Positions 57,845 through 64,000 of a stretch of 64,000 nucleotides of DNA are shown here, one piece after another. How positions within the stretch are numbered: the first letter of the stretch is position 1; each line of letters opens with the position of its first letter. Both the position numbers and the translations under genes were made by a program. The notes beneath the pieces are model-generated. The model made no database searches and was not told where the DNA came from. It worked only from the letters and a program-made list of their open reading frames with translations. Source of the DNA: an uncultured bacterium (GTDB lineage Bacteria; Zixibacteria; MSB-5A5; GN15; FEB-12); NCBI GenBank assembly GCA_965372795.1, contig CBDVDR010000009.1:2986-66985 (forward strand). Reading direction: 5' to 3'.

Positions 57845-60142
57845 TTAATAATTATTATATAAATCTTCAATCGCATCAACAATCTTAGCAACGGTCGGTA
57901 AACAGGCAGCATCTCCATCCATTCCATAAGCGACTCTGGAATCAATGGCGGTAACCAGTTTAACCGGAGCTTCAAGATCAAACAATCCCTCACCACTGGT
58001 TATAATTCCTGAAATTGTATTTGCAGAACCGCCATTAAAGCGATCCTCAGTTACCACAAGAACCTTGCCGCACTCTTTGGCAGTGTTTAGAATTGTTTCC
58101 TCGTCAATCGGTTTCAACGTCCGTAAATCGATAATACGTACATTGATACCTTTCTCACGAGCCAGTTCGGCAGCTTTTCTGCTCATTTGAACGGTTGTGC
58201 CATAGGTGATGAGTCCTATATCTGAAGCTTCTTCATTGTAAACTTTGGCTACTCCAAAAGGTATTAATTCATCAATATCAGGCAGTGCGGTTTCGATTGG
58301 AACCCCTTCCCAATCCCGACGATTGTATAAGGCTACTGATTCGCAGAATAAAACCGGATCATCACATGCCCAGGCTGTTTTTAATAATCCAGCCGCATCA
58401 TAGGCATTTGATGGAACAGCGATTAAAAGACTTGGAATGTTCATCCAGGTTCCCAGATTGCTCTCACTGTGCCAGAATGCCCCAGCACCCTGTTTGTAAC
58501 CGCCATATGTGGTTCTGATCACCATCGGCATGGTCCATTGCCCATTGGACCGCTGATAAGTAGTACAGATTCGATCTTTGAGCACCTGAAAAGCGGGAGA
58601 CATATAATCTAAAAATTGAATTTCAGGAATCGGACGCCGACCCTGATAACAATGTCCGGTTGCTCGACCCAAAATACCGGCTTCATCCAATGGAGTATTA
58701 AAACACCGATCGTTACCAAATTCACGCTGTAAATTTTTCGAAACCAGAAATACTCCGCCCTTGCCTTTGAGATTTTTCTGTTTTTCAACTTCCTGAATCA
58801 TGTGACCCGAGAAATCGGCGACATCTTCACCAAACAAAAGAACATCATCAGTCATTTGAAACAGATCAAACATCGTGTAATTGACTGCAAATCGCATTGT
58901 CATTGGACCGATATCTTCAGGCAATTCAGGAGTTTGGTAATAGCCCTTTTCATGATATTCTTTAAATTTCTTTTTTCTATCTACTTTGGAAGCCTGACGA
59001 TATTTTTTCCAGGTTTCTTTGGTCTTTTCAAAATCGTAAGCGTAGACCTTGTCCAGAATATGCTCTTTAGTTTTTGGTACAAAAGTCTCAACAGCTTTTA
59101 TTGATAACTTGGTAATTTCTTTATCAAGTTCATCCCACATTGTACTAATCTCTTTGGGAGTAATGATGCCTTCTTCTATTAGAGTATTGGCAGTCTTTAA
59201 GACACAATCATTATAAGTATGCCAATCCTGTTCTACCGGATCCATATAAAATGATTGATCATCCGATCCCGAGTGTGATCCCTCGCGGGTAACTTTAATA
59301 TTTGCCAGAACCGGACCCTTGCCTGTTCGAGAATACTCAACGGCTTCTTTAACTTTTGCAAGAGAGTCTTTGATATCGGTACCGTCAATCTGCATGATTT
59401 TTAAACCAAAGCGCTGGAATCCTTCAAACGGCGTAGTTGGATCGCCCTCAGGGAACTGTTCTTCGACAGAAACAGAAATTGCCCAGCCACAGTTATAAAT
59501 TGCAAATATATTAGGTGTTTTTTCAAAAGCTGAATAGAAAACCGCTCTTGCGAATTCAGGCGACGACGAAGAACCTTCACCAATACAACACAGTGCGATG
59601 GCATCACTCTTATAGGCTCCACCAGGTATTGGTGCATTTTCTGAGATAGGAACCTGACATTTAATTGCAGCACCTAATCCGGCAGCTTCAAGAGCATGGG
59701 AACCGGTAGGAGAAGCCTGAGGAAGGATGCTGAACTGGGGATAAGCCGGATGAGCCGGGATTTGCTGCCCGCCAATCTGTGATCGGGAATCGCCAATGGC
59801 TTCAAGCATTTTTTCCCACAAGGAAGATCCTCGATGTAGATCAAATGCTTTATTTCTATAATATCCTATAAACGGATCGGTTACTCTTGTTTCTTCAGCT
59901 AAGGCAACATCGATAAGTTCTTTACCGCCGCAGCCAATGAAAAACCGGTTGTAACCTTTTCTGAGCAATAGCTTTTCTTCACGCTCCACCCGTCTGGCTT
60001 TGAGCATGGTATATAACATGCCCTTAAGTTCTTTAGGAGTTTTCCCTGAATATTCTTTGAGGGGCTTATTTTCGTCTTTTACCTTAGGCTTAGCCTCGCC
60101 CTCGTACTGAGTAAGTTTATCAATTAAAGTAAGCAGTTCCAA
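57845..60142 (-). CDS. 2-oxoacid dehydrogenase E1 alpha/beta fusion (branched-chain/pyruvate type)
   Basis: GEG..YN..WAIS TPP motif, HSGSDD, GEDV..GGVF, NTPLDEAG, EIQFLDY, HS, IDLRTLKP. Confidence 0.9.
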   Translation of the reverse strand: MELLTLIDKLTQYEGEAKPKVKDENKPLKEYSGKTPKELKGMLYTMLKARRVEREEKLLLRKGYNRFFIGCGGKELIDVALAEETRVTDPFIGYYRNKAFDLHRGSSLWEKMLEAIGDSRSQIGGQQIPAHPAYPQFSILPQASPTGSHALEAAGLGAAIKCQVPISENAPIPGGAYKSDAIALCCIGEGSSSSPEFARAVFYSAFEKTPNIFAIYNCGWAISVSVEEQFPEGDPTTPFEGFQRFGLKIMQIDGTDIKDSLAKVKEAVEYSRTGKGPVLANIKVTREGSHSGSDDQSFYMDPVEQDWHTYNDCVLKTANTLIEEGIITPKEISTMWDELDKEITKLSIKAVETFVPKTKEHILDKVYAYDFEKTKETWKKYRQASKVDRKKKFKEYHEKGYYQTPELPEDIGPMTMRFAVNYTMFDLFQMTDDVLLFGEDVADFSGHMIQEVEKQKNLKGKGGVFLVSKNLQREFGNDRCFNTPLDEAGILGRATGHCYQGRRPIPEIQFLDYMSPAFQVLKDRICTTYQRSNGQWTMPMVIRTTYGGYKQGAGAFWHSESNLGTWMNIPSLLIAVPSNAYDAAGLLKTAWACDDPVLFCESVALYNRRDWEGVPIETALPDIDELIPFGVAKVYNEEASDIGLITYGTTVQMSRKAAELAREKGINVRIIDLRTLKPIDEETILNTAKECGKVLVVTEDRFNGGSANTISGIITSGEGLFDLEAPVKLVTAIDSRVAYGMDGDAACLPTVAKIVDAIEDLYNNY

Positions 60143-60379
60143 TTTAATCCTCCAATATTTCCATATTTTTTATATCTTATCTCTGGTATACAACAAACTT
60201 GTTTTGATTTTGCTCCCCAAAAAAACATTTTTTTATGAATTTGCAAAAGAATTATTAATAAAATTGAAAAAAATGTACCTTAGGGACATTTTCAGTCCTC
60301 GATTGATTTAACTTGAATTAAATCCTTAATTTAAATATTATATTTCTAGTACAAAATGATATAAAGAAAGGAAGCATAA

Positions 60380-62404
60380 ATGCCCTCAAATAGCAATAAA
60401 ACAAAGACTAAGAGGACAAAAAGATATATCACAGAAGTGGACCTTTATAAGTTAAAAATTCCAACTTCAGTAGCGATTTCACCTTCTGAGAACAAAATCG
60501 CCTTTACTATTGATCGGATGGATAAAAAAGAGAATAAATACTTCTCCAATATATTCATACTCGATATATCAACTGGATTAAGCCAGCAGTATACCCATGG
60601 TAATTATAATGACCATACCCCGGTTTGGTCGCCGGATGGTGATAAATTAGCCTTTTTATCATCCCGGGACAAAAAAAGCTGTATTTACATCATTTCTGTA
60701 TCCGGTGGGTCTGAAAAGAAGGTTTTTGATTGTGAGGGAGCTATTGGAAGCCTCCAATGGACTCCCGATGGGAAACAGTTCCTTATAAATATGAGATATA
60801 ATGATTCTCATTTCATTGAAGATAGCAAGAAGAAAACAGAACCTCCCGTCTTCCGTCATGTTACCAGATTATTTTTCAGATTAGATGCGGTCGGATACCT
60901 GCCAAAAGACACTTTCCAAATTTACTCATTGGATATTGAAACCGGAAATACGAGAGTTATTACAAAAGGTAAAAGAGACAATATCTCTCCGAATCTTTCT
61001 TCTGACGGTAAATGGATTACTTATGTTTCCAATCGCTCCAAAGATCCTGATCTGAATACAATGAGGGACGATCTTTTCATTATCCCGTTTAAAGGTGGAA
61101 AAGAAAAACTTATCCCCACTCCTGCCGGTCCTGTTGCCGTTCCTATTTTCTCTCCCGATTCTAAACAGATAGCCTATCTCGGGCACGACAACCCGAATGA
61201 TGCCTGGGGTGTAACAAATATTCATATCTGGAAAGTCGGATTAAACGGTAACCCTAAAGCAAAAAATCTCATGCCTAAATTTGACCGCATGGCTTTGGAT
61301 CAATCAATTGCCGATATGGGTGATGTTCACGGTCCCGCCCCTATTTTCTGGTCAAAAGATAATAAACGTATTTATTTCGTTTCATCGGATACCGGTGCCA
61401 CAAATTTATATTATGTCCCTCATTCGGGTGGAAAACCGACCGGAATTTTCAAAGGAAAAAACCATATAAAAGCCTTCTCTGTAAACGGTAAAACAAAAGT
61501 TACCGCTTTAATTTATGCTGACATTAATAATCCCGGTGATATCGTCACCTGCCCAACTCAATACAAAGGTGAAAAGAAAGCGGTTCAACATACCGATTTA
61601 AACCGTTTTCTGTCTTCAGAAATTAAATTGGGTAAAACCAAAGATCTATTTTTCAAATCATTTGATGGCACCGAAGTTCAAGGCTGGCTGCTTTTACCTC
61701 CGAATTTTAACCCAAATAAGAAGTATCCATCAATCCTCCAGATTCATGGCGGACCAAGAACTCAATATGCTCATTCTTTTTTCCATGAAATGCAATTTCT
61801 CGCTGCCAAAGGGTATGTTGTTTTCTATACTAATCCAAGGGGAGGTTCCGGTCGCGGGGAAACCTGGGCCGATGCAATCGCCGGCGGATGGGGTGATCTT
61901 GATTATCAGGACTGCATGGCAGCCGCTGACTATATGGAAAATCTTAAATTTGTCCACCCTAAAAAAATGGGTGTCACCGGCGGATCATACGGCGGCTATA
62001 TGACAAACTGGATAATCGGACATACCAACCGTTTTGCAGGAGCAGTTACCCAGCGTTCGGTTGTAGATTTAAAATCTTTTGTCGGTTCCTCAGATATCGG
62101 GTTTGATCTTCCCCGAGAATTCGATGGCTCGCCCTGGACCAACAAAGAGAACTATGAACATCGCTCTCCGATTACTTACTTCAAAAAAGTTAAAACTCCG
62201 GTTCTAATCATTCACAGTGAACAGGATTTAAGATGCCACATTGAACAGGCTGATCAGATGTTCGTCATGCTTAAATCACTTGGTAAAAAAGTTGAGATGG
62301 TTCGGTTCCCCGAAGAACCGCACGGGCTTTCAAGGCATGGACGTCCTGACCGCAGAGTTGCAAGACTTGAGTGGATCAATAAATGGTTCAAGAAATATTT
62401 ATAA
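60380..62404 (+). CDS. S9 family peptidase (acylaminoacyl/dipeptidyl peptidase) with beta-propeller
   Basis: PD40 repeats; IHGGP, NPRGGSG, GGSYGG nucleophile, EQDLRC, HGL. Confidence 0.93.
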   Translation: MPSNSNKTKTKRTKRYITEVDLYKLKIPTSVAISPSENKIAFTIDRMDKKENKYFSNIFILDISTGLSQQYTHGNYNDHTPVWSPDGDKLAFLSSRDKKSCIYIISVSGGSEKKVFDCEGAIGSLQWTPDGKQFLINMRYNDSHFIEDSKKKTEPPVFRHVTRLFFRLDAVGYLPKDTFQIYSLDIETGNTRVITKGKRDNISPNLSSDGKWITYVSNRSKDPDLNTMRDDLFIIPFKGGKEKLIPTPAGPVAVPIFSPDSKQIAYLGHDNPNDAWGVTNIHIWKVGLNGNPKAKNLMPKFDRMALDQSIADMGDVHGPAPIFWSKDNKRIYFVSSDTGATNLYYVPHSGGKPTGIFKGKNHIKAFSVNGKTKVTALIYADINNPGDIVTCPTQYKGEKKAVQHTDLNRFLSSEIKLGKTKDLFFKSFDGTEVQGWLLLPPNFNPNKKYPSILQIHGGPRTQYAHSFFHEMQFLAAKGYVVFYTNPRGGSGRGETWADAIAGGWGDLDYQDCMAAADYMENLKFVHPKKMGVTGGSYGGYMTNWIIGHTNRFAGAVTQRSVVDLKSFVGSSDIGFDLPREFDGSPWTNKENYEHRSPITYFKKVKTPVLIIHSEQDLRCHIEQADQMFVMLKSLGKKVEMVRFPEEPHGLSRHGRPDRRVARLEWINKWFKKYL

Positions 62405-62418
62405 AATAACTTTGCAGT

Positions 62419-62450
62419 AAAGCAGCATTAGCAATAGTGCTGCTTTTTTT
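62419..62450. terminator. Bidirectional terminator
   Basis: AAAGCAGCATTA-GCAA-TAGTGCTGCTTTTTTT between convergent genes. Confidence 0.75.
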
Positions 62451-62868
62451 ATGAAGAGATTACCCGATAACCTTCAGCTTTTAAATAACGTACAGCTTCT
62501 GCTCTGGTGCGAAATGTTTTTGAGACCGATTTTGCGCCGCCTCGATCAAACATCTTCAATAATTGTCCATAGCGAACCGGATTATTAATTACATAGGCCT
62601 GAACCACCATATTATTTTTCATGCACCAGTCCATATGCTCGCCAATCTTATCAATAACCTCAGGGGTTCCGGCTTTCCAGTTTATTAAATCAATTAATTT
62701 AGCCCACGGTTTAGATATAATTGATGCTGCTTCTTCTTTGAAGTCTTCGTGATAACTAGAAGCGGTATCAATTCTCCAAACTCCAAAAACTTTGGCATAC
62801 ACGATACGATTTTTCTCATCCACACTTATATTATATTTGAATTGCCAGTCAGGCATTTGATGCTCCAT
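62449..62868 (-). CDS. Hypothetical protein, possibly SpoIIAA/STAS-SEC14-like
   Basis: beta-alpha pattern with LIDL..W and a C-terminal F.T.AEA..YL signature. Confidence 0.5.
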   Translation of the reverse strand: MEHQMPDWQFKYNISVDEKNRIVYAKVFGVWRIDTASSYHEDFKEEAASIISKPWAKLIDLINWKAGTPEVIDKIGEHMDWCMKNNMVVQAYVINNPVRYGQLLKMFDRGGAKSVSKTFRTRAEAVRYLKAEGYRVISS

Positions 62869-63116
62869 GAAAATTTAAAGATTATTAGAAATGTAAAGTA
62901 CTCTTCTAAGTTGAGATAAATTGAGTAAAATGTCAATTCTTTTATTTACACCGCCTAATTTATCCAGACATTATCTCTTTTCAAGTTATATAGTTTTATT
63001 CAATTTTAACAATATTATTCGAAAATCTTTGTTAGATATATCCCTTCCTCATCTTATCTATATACGATTCAAAGGCAAGTTTTGTTAAGTTTGTTTATAC
63101 TTTTTTAAGCCAATAA

Positions 63117-63944
63117 TCAATTATGAATGTATATCAATTTATTTTTATAATCGATTGTAATTTTATGTTGGTATAAAAAAGTTGAACCGAGAATTCCTTC
63201 AAATTCTGCGCGCGGAAGAGATCTTTTTAAACGTTTAAAATCATTAATAATGAAGGCAACATTATTTGATAACAATACATCACTCACTTTAACACTTTTA
63301 AAAAGCTCATATTTAGACTCAGAAGGTTGAATATCCAATTTGTCAGCCAGAGATTTAGAAATTGAAGTAAAAGATGCACAATAATCAAGAATCATTGGCG
63401 CCTTAATTTCATCCTCAAATATCGCATCAACCAAGATTAGATGCCTATACATCTCAAATGAATATTCATGATACTTATTCCCATTTAAAAATTCAGGTTT
63501 TTCAGGTTCAAGCAATATAGTTTTATTGGGGTAATCAATCGTAATATAAAACCCTTTTAGTATCTGATACCCAATAACACCATCAGGCATTCCTGCCGAT
63601 TTATCCTTAATAATATCTGTCATATCAATTGCAATCGCTTTGATATTTGTTAGAACTTCATCTCCAATTTGAAGCGATTTAATACTGATAGGTGATGCCT
63701 TTGAAATACCTTTAACACCGGTAACTGGACGGCTCGGACGAGAAATTATATTGAGATTATTTTCCCTGGCAAAGGTGCGGTCTATATAAAATTGGTCAGC
63801 TCCGGTATCAATACCGAAGGTTCCTGTTACTTTTCCGTCGATTGTAACCTGCACTTCAACCAGACCCCGTTGGGGATCAAAAGGAAGGCTGCTCCCGAAA
63901 GTGGAAGCAGCCATTATAAATATTATAAGCAATTTAATGATCAT
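63117..63944 (-). CDS. Exported tandem retropepsin-like aspartic protease
   Basis: Signal peptide; FGIDTGA...DGVIG and MILDYCAS...EGILG; IDY motifs end each half. Confidence 0.85.
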   Translation of the reverse strand: MIIKLLIIFIMAASTFGSSLPFDPQRGLVEVQVTIDGKVTGTFGIDTGADQFYIDRTFARENNLNIISRPSRPVTGVKGISKASPISIKSLQIGDEVLTNIKAIAIDMTDIIKDKSAGMPDGVIGYQILKGFYITIDYPNKTILLEPEKPEFLNGNKYHEYSFEMYRHLILVDAIFEDEIKAPMILDYCASFTSISKSLADKLDIQPSESKYELFKSVKVSDVLLSNNVAFIINDFKRLKRSLPRAEFEGILGSTFLYQHKITIDYKNKLIYIHN

Positions 63945-64000
63945 TGCAGTTTCTTAACAAAAGATTATACCAGTGATTCTGACCGTCGACGGATATATAC

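Overview
AT-rich bacterial chromosomal window, translated with the standard code. Secreted proteins with C-terminal dockerin-like tails or T9SS/FlgD-like Ig tails suggest an FCB-group lineage such as Ca. Zixibacteria (inference, not tested). Most of the window is housekeeping and central metabolism: def, aspartate aminotransferase, GlcD-like oxidase, eukaryote-type citrate synthase, trxB, cobO, Rrf2 regulator, dcd, PFOR, pepA, aroC, miaB, Lon-like protease, fused E1 alpha/beta dehydrogenase, S9 and aspartic peptidases. There is also a TPR-ExbB-ExbD-ExbD-TonB operon. No rRNA, tRNA, CRISPR array, transposase or integrase is evident. Highlights: (1) a two-gene cassette (membrane protein plus ComEC-type metallo-beta-lactamase-fold hydrolase) bracketed by inverted GTAG-type REP doublets; (2) an operon of a Zn-ribbon microprotein and a Hel308/Ski2-like helicase-wHTH fusion, with an operator-containing promoter and a possible internal start; (3) a modular dockerin/Ig-tail secreted protein set that includes a dockerin-tagged M1 peptidase; (4) a recurring sigma28-like promoter in front of a candidate three-way-junction sRNA, an orphan kinase, an HDOD protein and a Lon with degenerate ATPase motifs; (5) a pseudokinase next to an HDOD-HisKA protein; (6) tandem secreted paralogs, one interrupted by TGA at a conserved Trp position.
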